A stretch of DNA of 64,000 nt from Klebsormidium nitens (lineage: Eukaryota > Plantae > Klebsormidiophyceae), in NCBI GenBank assembly GCA_000708835.1, contig DF237305.1:31452-95451 (forward strand). Direction: 5' to 3'. Made by a program: the position numbers and the translations under genes. Shown in pieces: positions 13,601 through 27,124 of this stretch (position 1 is the stretch's first letter; each line of letters starts with the position of its first letter). Below the pieces are notes generated by a model. It saw only the letters and a program-made list of their open reading frames with translations, was not told the DNA's origin and searched no databases.

Positions 13601-16600
13601 CATCCACTCCGCCCAGTCCTCGCGCGTACTACGCTGACTCGATTCCCATGCGCGCCGCAGGGCACCCTCGTTCACCTATCACGCGGAAAAGGTACGTCAG
13701 AAGCAAGATACAGATGTGCCTGGGCTACTGCATTCTGTCCGGGCATCGTTCATCACTTCCCTGTCAAGCAACCTGCCTGCTTTCAAGACCGTAAAGGCGC
13801 TCGTCCGCTTGATTCTTCGTAAGTTCATCTTGTTTCGATTCACATAATACTAGCGGTCTCCTTCGAGCATCACATCCGGAAGTTGACGAGCAGCAGCAAC
13901 AATCACAGACTACAAAGGACGTTTGGACAGTGACTCTGTCGAGCAGAAACCAGATCGACCCCATGAATGTTTATTGACGCCCTCACCCTCAGCACCCTGC
14001 CTGGCGCCATGGCAGCGTCGTCCTCCCCATCGACGCTCTCCCCGTCGGCCTGCCTGGCGCCGTGGTACACCTCCGAGAGGCTGCTCGCGTCACTGGGCGC
14101 GTGCATCAGGCTGCTCGCCTCCAGCACCACCGCGGGCTCGCGCCGCAGCACGCGTGCAGCCACGCCCTCGAAGCGCGGGTGCTGCAAAACAAAGCCCAAG
14201 TTCGTGATTGCCAAATACTTCATCAGGCTTGTCTCGTTGTAGCCCACCATCCATTTTGGCAGAAGAACTGAGCTTGGCACCCGATTCTCCTCCCTTAAGT
14301 CGGGGCTGTGCGTCATCCAGGGGCGGACTCGTCATGCAGCAGTCCCCTCTTTATCTAGTCTAGTGGGACCGTCTCATTCGTACACCCTTCTGAAGGCTGC
14401 TGTCACGCCCGCCGGAGATCATCGAAGGGCAATGGCGGCTCACGGTGAGGCGGTGCTTGTGCAGAAGCTTGCGGATGGAGGGGATGAAGATGGCGAAGTC
14501 GGAGCCCATGGCGCCCGCCAGCGCGCAGATGGCATCCATTGCGTCCTTACGCAGCTCCTCCTGCGGCCTGCACGTGGCAGACAGACACACAGCGGCGTCA
14601 GCGGGTTGAACGGAGGCAACGAAAGCTCAAACCTCTAATCAAGGGTACTTTTAATTTAAACCCTATCTTCAACAAGGCGATATGCTAAGCATTCTCCGAT
14701 GCTAGAGGTCGAAGTGGCCTGGACAGCCACTTCGCCTTGACTCCTTCATATCGATCAGGCCTGCTACCAAACGGCTGTGGGCTGGAGTCGTATGCTGGAC
14801 GAGTGGTGTCCATGCTCGGGAGCTGACTGCTACAGCAGGTGGCGCCGCCCTGGTAAAGCACGTCTCTTGAGCCCGGTGCACTGCAGCAATAGTACCTCGC
14901 AAGGCCGAAACACACGGTTCAAGAGTGAGATGGTTCAAGTCGCTGACCCGTCGAGCACCCTGGTGAGCGGGTGCAGGATGGCGGACGCGTGGCCCGCGAC
15001 GTGCATGGTGGGCAGCAGGCGCCCCAGCGTACGGATGGTGGCGCGCCGGATATCCACGGGGGCGTCGACCACCGACGGCTTCAGCAGCCGCACCAGCGCG
15101 GGCAGGACCAGGTGCATGTGCTCGTCCATGCTGCCTGCGCAGCGGGAAGAGCAGAAGACGACTTCTTAAGGGCAGCAGAGGGGAGAAAATATTTTGTGTA
15201 CGTTGTACAAGCTTGATCGTGGTCGATGGTGCGGCTTGGAAGGAAGGAGGTGCGAATGCAAAGCCGGTAGAGGGTTCCGCTTTGGAGCCCTCATGAAGGA
15301 CATCCGCGAAGATACGGTTGCTCATAGTTGTGTTATTGTAATGAGCCGCAAAGAGGCGCTAATGCCACAACACATCGACCTACAAATTTCTAACAGGGGC
15401 ACGCGACGATGACAGGGAGCTGCTTCGACCTACACCACTAAAGCGGCTGTGCCCAAGAGGGATGTTGGGCCGGGCTTGCTCACTCCCGAAGACCTCAAAG
15501 GCGTGCAGGACGGGCGGCACGGAGGCGTAATCGCCGGTCTGCTCGGCGAGCGCGAGGACCTGGACGCAGCGCGGCAGGATCTCGGGCAGGTGCGCGCGGA
15601 ACTCGTCGTTGAGCGCGCGCGACAGCTGCTCCACCAAGTGCAGCACCTGCGGCAAAAGGACGCACAGCGTCAGGTAAGGGGAGACAGGGGGCGCCGAGAC
15701 GACACTTGCTTGCATATAATGACCAAAGGGACAAAAGGACACAGACCAGGCCAAAGGAGCCGGCGGACGAGCAGGTTCTCGACATCATATCGACCAAGAT
15801 TAGAACTCCGTCTATGATGTCAGAACCGCATTGCGTGTTGGGCCTCTGTTGCTTACCGGCAGGAGCAACGCGGGGTAGGACCAGTACTCGTGGATGAGAT
15901 TGAGTAGCTCCGGCAGGTACTTGCGAATGTGCTGCGTCAGACGAGTCATCCGTGAGCCCGCTAAGCCAGAACGCCAGCCAGGAAGCCACTTAAATAAGAC
16001 GCCTGCTGAGACAGGCATCAGCAGATTTCGAAGCGCCTGCAGTACAAACAGCAGAGACCGGCCCCGTGTCCCTTACCTGGCGCACGATAGCTACGAGTTG
16101 GGCCAGCTGGCGGAGCAGAAAGTCTCGCAGGGCGTCGTCGCACACGGTCATCACGTGAAACAAGTCGGGGAGGACCTGCAGGCGGACACGCGCTGGATCA
16201 GGGAACAAGGACTCGAAGCGAGGAGTGGCCGCCGAGATGCATACCGCCCGAGAAGAGACTGGACAACCCCCTTCCGCCTCAAGAGTCATCAAGGACGCAC
16301 AAGGGGAGGACGAGGTGATCCGCGCCGTCGTTCCTGAGTCGCAAGCCCGTGGTCAAAATATTGCTCAGATCGGTCTTCATTCGTGAAGCGAGAACTCGGA
16401 ACAAATACAGAAGATCGAGAAACCGCTTCGCCTCGGATGGCAGAGACAGCGGTGCCGAGCACGGCGTCTCCTCACACTGCGCTGAAGCTGCAGCGGATTG
16501 TATGCGCTGACCTTGGGGAGGTAGGGCACGCAGGCGAGGCCCATGGCGCGGAAGATGTACATGAGGCTGCCCACGACGCGCTGGTGGTAGCTGGACATGG

Positions 16601-19600
16601 CCTTCTCGCGCAGGATTCGCATCAGCGCGTTGATGGCCACCGTCGGGTAGTACTCCTCGCTGCTCGTGCTCATCCCGCTGCTCGGCAACACCTCCCCCGG
16701 CAAGTCCGCCTCCACCAGCGCGCTGCGCGCCATCCCGCCGTCTGCGGGCGCTGCGGGCCGCCCGCCCTCCGCGTGGCCCGCCTGCAGCAGCATCTGGTTG
16801 CGCTTGTGCGCGTGCGGGTCCAGCGCGCCGATCACGCCCAGCACCTGTGACGGGCAGCAGGGACAAACGTGAGGGGCAAGCTGCGGAGGACGCCAGGGTT
16901 TGCAAGCTGGCATTGATGCCGAGACTGAGGGCTTGGTTTGCAAAGGGGTCGCAAGACGAGGGTTGCTTGCTGGAAGGAGCCAAAGGGGAAGAACGAGATC
17001 CGGATGATATATCGCGTTAAGAGTATTCTGGATGACGCCCTTTGACTGCCTGCCTGGTCTGGACAAGTTAGACGGCCACGAGCGGGCTCTGGGGTGGTAT
17101 GGGGGCATGCGGCGCACCTTGAGCACTTCGTGGCGCATGGCCCAGGCGTGCTCCCCGTTGAGCAGCCGCAGCAGCACCCCCAGCAGCTGCGGGAAGTCCG
17201 TGTACGGCACCACCACGTACCTGCACACGAGCCACAAAGCACGCGCCAACTCAGCCGGACGTCACTGTGCTGTCCCCGAGATGAATTCAGATCTTCAGAT
17301 CTTTGACGGAATAAGCGGAGCGATCGCGGGATGAATATGTCGAAAATGACTCAACACTTTAGGATCGTACAGCAGGTTGAGCAGGTTCAAGGGCAGCAGC
17401 AAACATTCCCCTACTCCGTCGACTTGTTCCTAACACAGAGCGTGCGGTTCCTCACCCGGTGCTCTCCACGAGCTGCCCCAGCGTGCAGACGGCCACCTGG
17501 CGTCGCTTGCTATCGCTGCCGGTCCCGCCGTCGTGCAGCGCGTCCACCACCAGCGGCATCAGCTCGCCCACGTATGGTCGCATCGTGCCGCCACCCTACA
17601 CCAGGCAGCCAGGTTGGGCGCTTCGGTTGACATAAGGTCGATGCTCTTCTCGCAGTAGAGCGTCAACTCGATTGAGTCTACTCCAATCAAGCAGTCAATA
17701 ACCACCAACAGACCCTCACGCACAGAAAATGGATTGAAAGAAGTTACAAACAGGAGTGGGCTCGAGGCCAAGAGATGAGATTCCTTTTCGAAATTAACGA
17801 AAGTTTAAAAATCCCGCGCCAAGCGTTGTGAGACGTCATGCCGTCAGTCTTTCGCACCAGCAGCTTTGTCAACGGCCTGTGCTGGTCATGCGGCGTCGCT
17901 GCTCACCACTCTGGCAAGCTCTCCGACGGTAGCCAACACGTTTGTGATGACGCCACTGCGGCCGCCCCCGCTGCTAGTTTCCCCAGTAGCAGCCCCCCCA
18001 GTGGAACTCTCCCGCAGCTGGGCGACCAGGGCCTGCGACACAAAAACAAGCTTTGAGCCACCTGATGTTAGGGCACCAGCCGGAGAATCAAGACAGTAAA
18101 CGACAAATATGCAACAGAAATCTATTCTTACAAAATCCACCACTCTGATCGCAGGGGCAGGAGGTTTGCACGTTCGGCTTACCGCATGCGCGTGACTCTT
18201 TATCCATGAACACGACAACTTACCTTCAGGACGGGCGCGATGTAGGGCAGAATGAGGCGCGGGCAGGCGTGCACCAAACAACCCAGCAGGCGTGCGCTTT
18301 CTTGCTTGTGCTTGCTGTCCGAACTGCACCCCACCGATCATGGAGATAGATCAAAGAGCAGCCACGACACTTGAGGCGAGTGTCAGATGCCAGTAATCGA
18401 CATAGGCCGGCTTAATCTGCAGCAACAGATTCGGCTCGTGTCCAGAGCAGGTTTTGAGAAGTGGGGTGCTGAGGATCACCTGTGCTCCAAGTCAGTGAGC
18501 AGCTGCAGCAGGTGGCGGCGCAGTGCGGGCAGCACGTACGCAGGGTTGCGCTCCGCCAGTTGGCCCGCCAAAGTGATGGCGTACTGGCGCACCTCGAACG
18601 ACTGCAGGGCAGAGCTACCCCAGTCGATAAAAAAGCCGTGCGCAAGACTCAGGCAGGAAGTGAGCACAAAAGACTCACGATGTTCGTTGTATCAGCGCCT
18701 TCTCGTCTCCTCGTTGAGAGAGAAGAGCCATGAAAAGGTATCCAGCCGGCTTCAATGGTGCACTAGGACAGCTAAACATTCTCAAACTCGACAAGGAGCT
18801 CGCTCCGCATTTTTACTCCCAGCTTCCTCCCTGTCTCGTGTGGCCCAGTCTCACCTCGTCATTGAGCGCGATGAAGACGGCCCGCAGGCTGTCCGCCTGC
18901 GCAAGGTTCTCCTCGAAGCCGGCCCCCTCCGGCAGGCTCAGCAGCACGGCGCGGCGCACGCCCTCGTCTGCGTCCGCAACGGCCGCTACCAGCAGCCGCT
19001 CCAGCACTTCTTCCACTAGCACACGCTTGCGCCGCGAGCCTAGCGGGCGGCCGTCACGCGGCAGCCGCAGCCCCGCACCCGCCACGCTCGCCTTGAGCAG
19101 GCGGCAGCACGTGACGGCCGCCTCGCGCCGCGTGTGCACCTCGTCGTCGTCCAGGTAGCGCACCACGTGCTCGCGCACAAACTCAATCATGTCGTGCCCC
19201 TACGCACAGCGATGCCAGAGGACGATGGGTTGAGTGGAGGCACAAACAAACATAACATTGGTTGCAGGAATTGAGTCGATGCAGCAGATGAAGAGCTGTT
19301 CCGCTGTCTCAACGTTGGGCTCTGCGGAGGCTGAAGTCCAAAAAGAAACCTCGTTCACTGCGTGTGCATCGCCCGAGCTTTGGACACCGGCGCCCACATC
19401 AAGCTTTCTTATTGTCGTTGAATGATCCTGTTAATAAGCACAATCCAAAGGTCAACTGGCGAGGTGTGGCGTCGGCTCACGTTGAGGTCGAAGGTGGCGA
19501 GCGTGCGGAGGGCGAGCTGGGTGAGGCCGGCGGCGGTGAGCTCGGACTGGAGCACGGGGCTGCCCAGGCTGGGGCTGCGCGCAAGGGGGCTGGCAGCACT

Positions 19601-22470
19601 GGGGGGGCGGTACGGCTTCTTTGCCAGGATCAAGGATAGCACGTCCAGCAGGCGCTCCTGGATGGACGGCAAAAGGACGGGCAGGCTGCGAGAGGCGAGA
19701 CGAGAAATTGGGTCAGGGGCGAGCTGGCAGGAAAGAGACGGCAGACACAGGGCTCCTGAAGCGTGTCTTGCGCATACAAGCAGTCTGTCGAACGAAGCTA
19801 CCGCATCCGACAAGGTCAGGACGACGGCAGAGCTTCATCTGCAGAGCAGAGTTAGCATGGCATCATCCTTGTTTGCATGCAAAACTTTTCGAAGTCACAA
19901 GAGAGCCCCACGAGCCAATGAAGACGTACCTAGAAGCAATCTGCGCGAGGGACTCGACTAGGATGGGGCTGAGGCCCCCTTGAAAGAGGGGCTCCAGCAG
20001 GCTGCGTGCATGCTCGGTGTAGTCAGGCCCCACTGCCTGGGCCAGCTGGCCCACGCATGCCAGAGCCTCTGGGCAGGGGCGGCCCCGCCGAGAGGGCGCG
20101 ATCTGGGGGCAGATTCAAAGACGAAGATCGGTGGAGAGCAAATCAAGATTTAGACTCGAGAACCCCGACTTTTCCTCTGCCCCGGCAGAAAACTCGAGAA
20201 ACAAAGAAGCGACACATGCAACTTCGAAGCTGATAGAAAGCGAAGGCAGAATACCATTCAAGCAAGAATTGAGAGCCAGGCGTGCCACGAGGTTGGTAGG
20301 TGGCCTCACCGCTTCTCTTAGGAGAGGCGTGATGGACGGCAGGTATGGCGTGAGGGCCGGCCCCACTGCCCCCGCCATCTCGCCAAGCGCTGCAAAGCCG
20401 GTGGTGCGCTCCGCGGGGTTGCGCATCACGCCCAATAGGTGCTCCATGCACACCTGCGGCAACGCAAACATTCTTAATTACACATGTGTGGGCCACCTCC
20501 CTAGAAGTAAAGCATCGGCTTACGTTGGAGCATGAGCTGCGGTCGCCAGAGTAAGAGTGGACTCTCCATGAAGGCACGAGACTCGAATCTCTTGTGCGGA
20601 GCTGACCTTGAGGTAGCTGGCCACGAAGCGGTCGCGCAGGAAGTAGGCAATGCGGGGCAGCAGTGCTGTGATGCTACGGCGCACCAGGCGCTCTCGGTGG
20701 TCGCGGTAGTTGAGCACGATCTTGGCGACTTCTTTGTAGCGCGCCATCATGAACTCCCCCGTGTTCCTGGCCGCGCGGACACAACCACCAAGATCAGAGG
20801 CTCATCCCCACATAGTACAAGCCCTCGAAACGACCATTTGACAGGATGCTTCTCAGACAAAGAGAGGGAGTCCAGATCGACAATCGACATGATTGGGGTA
20901 GTAGATCGTCCGCTCGATACGACCACTGATCGCCATTATGAACTCGTGTCCGCTCGGCGCTTCTTAGTGCGGGTTTGCTCATTCCAGTCCATGCAATCGA
21001 TCATCCCAATTGCGCATCGCAACCTTTTGACATCATTTGTGCGATGTTCCTCACCTCAGCAGCTCCCCGATTGCTAGCAGCGACCCATGGATGCTTTCCA
21101 CTGATGCGGTCTTGTTGAGCCCCTTCTGCGTCTCCTCAAACATGCGGTAGTAGCCCTGCACGCGCCACCGCGTCTCGCGCTTCTCAATGACGCACAGGCA
21201 GGCACGCAGCGCGTCCACCGCACGCAGGCGCACCTCCAGCTTAGGGTCGCGCATCGCTGACCAAATGGCATCGATGAACACCGGGATGTGCACATTGAAC
21301 ACCGTTGGCGCGTTCTCCGCCATCTCCTGCGAAAGGTGCCGCAATTGCCCGACCTCAGCCCTGTCCAAGAGCATGGTTTTCTGGGCCGCTGATACACGTT
21401 TGATCTGACGTTCGTACTCGTACAAGGGCTTCAACGGCCAGCATATGATGGTGGAAGGTAATCAAGAAGCCCTGTCGGACACGGACCCCGTACTTTTATG
21501 GCTACTAAGCTGCAGTCCTGGTTCACCAGCAGCACAAGCACAAGTGAGTGGGTTTACAAAGTGTCCCCGAAGTGGAGCCCTCTTTTACCTTGAGGATGAG
21601 CACAGCCGCAAACCTCTTGGATTCCACGCGTTCGCCCTGCAACCACTCCAGTGCACGTTTTACCTGCACAGAAGAAGAGCGCCTCCTTATGTCTTGGCAG
21701 AGTAGACTGGATGTCTGTCCATGGAAGAAAGTGGGAGTCATCGCTGGACAAGAAGGCACTGGCTATCCTGCTCGCACCCCTGATTACACCACCTGCAAGG
21801 CAAACTGCTACCCGTTGGAGGCCCAGCTGATTCATACATTCAAGCGTACACGTCTCCCCTCCTTACTTGGAACTCCACCACATCAGCAGTGAGCGCCCCC
21901 CCTTCCCTGGCGAGGTGGCCCAGCGCCACGCTGGCGGCCACCATGACCGCGGGGTCCCCCTTCTCCTCAAAGATCTGGCGTAGGTAGTTGGCAAAGCGCG
22001 AGATCTTGGTGGCATTCTCCCCCAGCTGTACCCCAATCAGCTGGTCGATGGCGCGCACCGCTCCCAGGTTGTCCGCCACCTCGCTGCGCGCCACCAGGGC
22101 TGAGATGCGCTCAAACAGGGTGTCCATGAAGCGCGTGAACGCCTCCCCCTGCAGGTCCCGCGCCTCCTCCTCCACGTACTCGCGCAGCGCGGCGGCGCCG
22201 TCATCCTGGCAGCAGCGCACCCAGATGAGCGGGTCACTGTCGCAACTTGGCGTTCCTTACAGGAGAAACCTTCGTACAACATTTGTGGCACTTTTGAGTG
22301 CAGCTGGCTTCAATTGGTCCGTCAACGAATCGTCATTTATGTACTTGAGAGAAATGCTGCCGGGAGGGTTTTGGGGGCCTTACCTCGAGCGTGGGGAGCC
22401 TGGTGCACAGGTCCGCCAGCAGCCTCCCCAGGACATCCTGCCCCCCGGGGGTCTGCCGGACGGGCTGCAT
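4613..22470 (-). CDS. TOR: Target of rapamycin Ser/Thr kinase (plant-type; HEAT repeats, FAT, FRB, PI3K-like kinase, FATC), several dozen exons
   Basis: Exon 1 is 22384-22470 ([24 protein letters not shown]). The next exon starts at 22205 ([18 protein letters not shown]...). Diagnostic segments: [140 protein letters not shown]. The terminal micro-exon 4613-4631 completes LCQSYIG-WCPFW*. Confidence 0.98.
10164..10411. other. Assembly gap (N run) inside the TOR FAT-domain region
   Basis: 248 consecutive N. Confidence 0.99.
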
Positions 22471-23321
22471 TGCAACTGCTGCCGTGCTAGCCCGAGCGGG
22501 TGCTGCACCATACCATAGCTCCTCAAAGGGCAACTCCGCTACTTCCTCATCGCTTACCTTGGGCTGGTGTGATGCATGAGCGGACGCATTCTCAGGCCTC
22601 ACAGGCGGCCGCGGCTCAAACTCAGAGACCACGGAGAAATCCACGATGTGAGGAGGGGGGTGCAATGCCTGGGACACTCAAGTGCATGAGTGCAAAGCCC
22701 GGGAAACTGAGGTGCCTGGGTTCAAAGCTGGTAAACTCTTGTCACCACCGACAAGCAATTTTGCAGTCATGCAGCACCCACAAAAAGCTTCATCCAACAC
22801 TGAGTAGCCACATGGCACACAGCACATGCCTGCATTCAGCGGGACTCAACCACAAGCTCTGTCATATGGTGCGCCCAAGGACTAATGTAAGCTGGCTGGC
22901 AAGGAGAGATCAGAAAAACCCCACTGTTGATGTCAGAAGAAGGGCCAGCCATGGGCAGCGTCAGCGTTTTCCCAGCCCTTGCAGAAGCTCGAGCCTCAAC
23001 TTCAAGGTGCAAATTGGCTCCGTCTCTTCTCAGCCGGCCGGCATGCTGGACGGGGTATTCTACCGGGTAGCATGCCCGCCAGCTCTCAGGACCGCTTTCC
23101 AGCGCGACTTGGCTAACAAGAAATTCTTAGTCTCAACCGGGGAAATAAACCGGTGCTACCAACCTGGTCCGGTGGTAGAAGACGAAACGTCGCGGTTGGA
23201 TTTGAGGGAGTTCACACGGTGCTCATCCATCTTCGAGACACTTTGCTATGCAGGAGCCTGCTTGGCATTGGCAAGAGTTCAACCTTTCATTGTCAAATTC
23301 CAACCTCAGACCTCTCCCTCA

Positions 23322-25996
23322 ATGGCGGCTGCTACCAGGCTCCTCTTTGAAGCCAGCTTTTTACCTTCAACTGGGACTTTCAGCGGAGGGGCTGGACACC
23401 GAGAAGATGCAGTCCGGCAGAACGACGGGAACCTTGCAGCAGAGCGCGTTGGGTGTTCTCACCACCGATGGCACCACCTTAACCCAAAGCCGATTCTAAG
23501 AGAGCCCACCGAATGTGGTGGCAGCAGACGGTATGTATGTGGATTGCCAGGTGGTCAAATTCATGGGCGCCACCGGCGACGTAATTTGGTGGTGGGAGTT
23601 TCCCACATGGCGTACCCATCATCAGACAATGAGCGGTCGACCAGCTCCAGCCTGACGGAGACGTCTGGACAGGTCCTCTTTCAGCGGCATCGCCCCAAGA
23701 CAAAGTTCCAGTATGCATCTTCACTAGAGCAATTGGGTCTGGCGAGACTCTCCTCAACGGAGTCTCGAGAAGCGGCAGTGGCGATGGGCATCGAAGAGGT
23801 TGGGGATCAGGAGACGCCTGTCTGCATTGGCTTCACTGTTACCAAAGTGAGGGATTCGCACTGCCATGGTCATCTAATTCTGGCAGCCGGTGGTGCCCCG
23901 GTTTCTGCTTCGAATGGACTGGTTCGGAGGTCTTTGCAAACGCTCCTTCGGATGTCTGGGCACCTGATTGAGGGTGGTTATGTGTTTTGTTTGCACCTGG
24001 CCAGTGAAACTCATCCAAGCTCTTTAATATTGTATGCTTGCACTTTGTGGTCCTTTGACCCTTGAGTCATGAAAAGTTGCACACCTGCCGAGTGGTCATC
24101 TCCTGAAAGGGTTCACCTTCGACCACCATCTATCGCGACTGCTCGACGTTTTCAAGAAGACCTCTGAGTAGATTCTGAAGAGATTGAAGGACTCGTAGGA
24201 GCAGACTGGAAGAGTTACTTCTTTTGGAGTTGAAAGCAGTTGAGCAGCCCTCGTCAACCAACTAGTATGCTTGGGTCTCGACAGAGGTTTATGAAAGTAC
24301 CCGCGAAGACGCAACGCCTACGGCTGGGAACTGCGATCCCTGCATTCAAACGCTTTCCCCAGTGTCAATGTAGGAAGGAAGAGGAGACCTCAGGCTGGAA
24401 GGTGCAGCAGATACCGCGCTGATCGTGCCCTGTGCCAGGTAAGGCAATTCTCTTCCTTCAAACATGGTCTCAGATTTTCCTCTTTCAAAAAGCTGGTGTG
24501 GGAGCACATCGCTGGAATTGGTTCACATCGTTGGTTGGGGATCAACTATCGAGAATGCATTCGAAAATCCTTATCTCTAGAGAATGGAGAACAAGATACT
24601 GTGAACAGTTTAGAACCTGTTTTCCAAAATGAAAGCTGCATTTCTGTTGGTTGAGAAAGTAGGCTATACATCGGGCTGCAGGTGTGCATGTTCAGTCGGT
24701 GTGCCCATCGAGGGTCCGTTCAACCTGCTACTAACTGCAAAACCGCTGAGAGTGGTGGGCCGCACTGTAGTTGGTATAGTGCGTGGGCGCAAGGATCAGG
24801 AGCTGGAGGACCTGGAGGAGGCAGAGGCAATGGCGGGGGCGCTAGACGACGAGGCGTATGACCTGGACCTCGACGACAAGAAGTACTTCCCTCCAGAGTA
24901 AGCACCATGCGCTTCTCTTGAGAGGATGCACAATTTTTAACATTGCCGTGGATGAGGGCGTTCTTGACTTCGTGCGTAGTAGACGCGCTCATTTAAATTC
25001 AAAGGTCGAAACGAACTATCCTTTTCTACTGAAGCCTCTTCCGTTGACTTCCTGTTGGGGAGGATGCTCAGAAGGACTGCTCGATCTTGATCCTGGAACA
25101 ACTGCCTGAAAGTTCACACTTGTCACTTTATGATTGCAGGGCAGCCGAAATTGATCTATCGGAGTACATCAGACAGACAATTCTTCTCAAAGTGCCAATC
25201 AGGGTAAGACGTCTGCACCGTTAATCCACCTGCACGAAATCTGTAACCCCCCCGTTGGTCGACTCTGACGATGAATAAGTTGGTGGCAGCTTGGACCTTG
25301 GGAGATTTTAACCTGGAGCTGCCATGATGCGACAAGTCTCCCCATCTGATTTTATTGGATCGTTCAGCTTCGGGTGCTTTTCAAAGAACTTTAAAGCTGG
25401 CATGCAGGACTCAATGATGCACTGTGCAAGATTCTCGGAAGTTTCGCTTCGAAGATTTCAACCTTGTCCCTTGGCCTATAGCACGTCGTACACCAGTTGC
25501 ACCTCGAGTGCGTTGGACGAGCTCGTTTGAAAGATGACCGGACAACCTTTGCTTACTCAGCATCCGATTTTGAATGTCGCAAAGACAAACTTGATAGGGA
25601 AGGCCTTTTGATTCGGAATGTAATGTCTTTGCTTCCCAGGTTCTGTGCAAGGAGGACTGCAAGGGGCTGTGCATAGATTGTGGGGCAGATTGGAACAAGC
25701 AAAGTTGCTCTTGTGGTAAGTGTTACAACTCCTCAGTACATCGTTCTTTTGCTCCCTTGCCACTATATCTTCATTTGGCATTGACCATGGCTATCTAGCG
25801 GACTTCGGCTCATTGACCATGGCTAGTCAGCGGACTTCCGCTCATTGGACTTGCGAAGGTTTATAGTGAAATTTCTTTCAACTCTCGGTTTGCCTTTGCA
25901 GCTCAAAAGAAGAAACTCAACAACACGGGGGCTCCTAAAACCAACTGGGGGTCGGACCTTGCGCAGCTCCGAGATCGATTACGGAAGGAAAGCTAG
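23322..25996 (+). CDS. DUF177/YceD-family protein (large rRNA accumulation factor), probably plastid-targeted
   Basis: Exons 23322-23846, 24374-24438, 24682-24897, 25140-25203, from 25640 to about 25716, and 25902-25996. Product includes QYASSLEQLGLARLSSTESREAAVAMG...TPVCIGFTVTK-EGRGDLRLEGAADTALIVPCARC...PFNLLLT...DLDDKKYFPPEAAEIDLSEYIRQTILL...LCKEDCKGLCIDCGADWNKQSCSC, which follows the plant DUF177 pattern including the CxRC and C-terminal Cys-rich motifs. The N-terminus MAAATRLLFEASFLPST resembles a transit peptide. Confidence 0.88.
25779..25850 (+). repeat. Short tandem duplication, 32-bp unit x about 2.2, in a DUF177 intron
   Basis: cattgaccatggctatctagcggacttcggct / cattgaccatggctagtcagcggacttccgct / cattggac. 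Confidence 0.85.
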
Positions 25997-27124
25997 ACAG
26001 CGTCCTGGTGTCCAGCTACGTAAGCTTCGGACTTTTCCCTGTCGATAGTCCCTGCACAGCAAACCACTTTCCGAGACAAGACTGTCAGCGGTATGGACGG
26101 TAACTATCATTGTACAGTGCAGTTCGCTTCGCTTCAAGGCTTCACTTCGTGGTTCCTTCCAGATATCTGACTAGTGGAGAAAACGACGGAGCCAGTACAG
26201 GCCCACTCTAGTTATGCTGGTTGCCCTAGATGGCCGGGAGGCTGCACACGGCCGCCCACCAGCCCGCAATTCATTTGTGTCAATGATGCGTGCAGCCTGC
26301 CGGCAGATGCCAGCGCTCCATATAAGGCCCGATCGAGCGAGGTTGATGTGTACTTGCAGTGATCCGTTCGGTTGACCTCGTAATCTATCATGAGTGCAGT
26401 CTTTCAGGCTAATGCAGCTCTAGCTGCATCGCATATCATGCAGTCGATCATGCATGTTCTGTGCACGACTCGCAATTGACTGCAGCGCCATGGAAGTCGT
26501 CATTGAGCAAGAAACTTGGATAGTCCCTAGCTCAACCTTATAAGTGCCACAATGGAATTGCGGATTTGCCTGTACATGTGTATACGCAAGTGCAAGTACG
26601 TTGATTGAAACAGTGCGGGCCTGCGGCTAGTCTCTTATGACTGGCACCAAGTGAAGTCTGGCTCAATGCATGTCGGAGCAGTATATTCACATGGCCGGTT
26701 GACAGCTCTAACTCGCACGCTGTTCAGCTTGACTTTCAAGATTTTACTGCCACACCTTGCAGTTTAAGCACCCACTTATAATAGTTTCGAGGCAACTCCT
26801 ACATGTGTGTGTATCTCTGATGGATCCTTAAGGAGTGGTTCAATCTTATGCCCAGAACTCCTTGTCGACCAACCAGATCATAGAACATTGGCCCTTATGG
26901 GATTCTACAGTCAGCACCGCTCCTTGGATCGGCACGAGCTTTCTAACACAAAGCCAGGCTAAATTGATGCTTCCCATACCAGACCTGTTGGATCTGCAAG
27001 GAGGACGTCTACCAGAAGCAGTTTAGCCAGCACAAGTCAATGGTGCAAGTACAATCATTATCCTGATCGTGGAATAGTATGAAGATACCGCCAACATGGA
27101 TTGGAAGAGTAACAACTCGATGGG

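Noticed and set aside
4810-22677. Numerous 60-290-aa ORFs on both strands across TOR
   Set aside because: They are TOR exons with intron read-through or GC-rich antisense shadows, not separate genes.
22500-24065. 521-aa ORF as a stand-alone intronless novel gene
   Set aside because: Its central part (23322-23846) is exon 1 of the DUF177 gene, ending at a GT donor (AAA|GTGAGG), and the tail is intron read-through.
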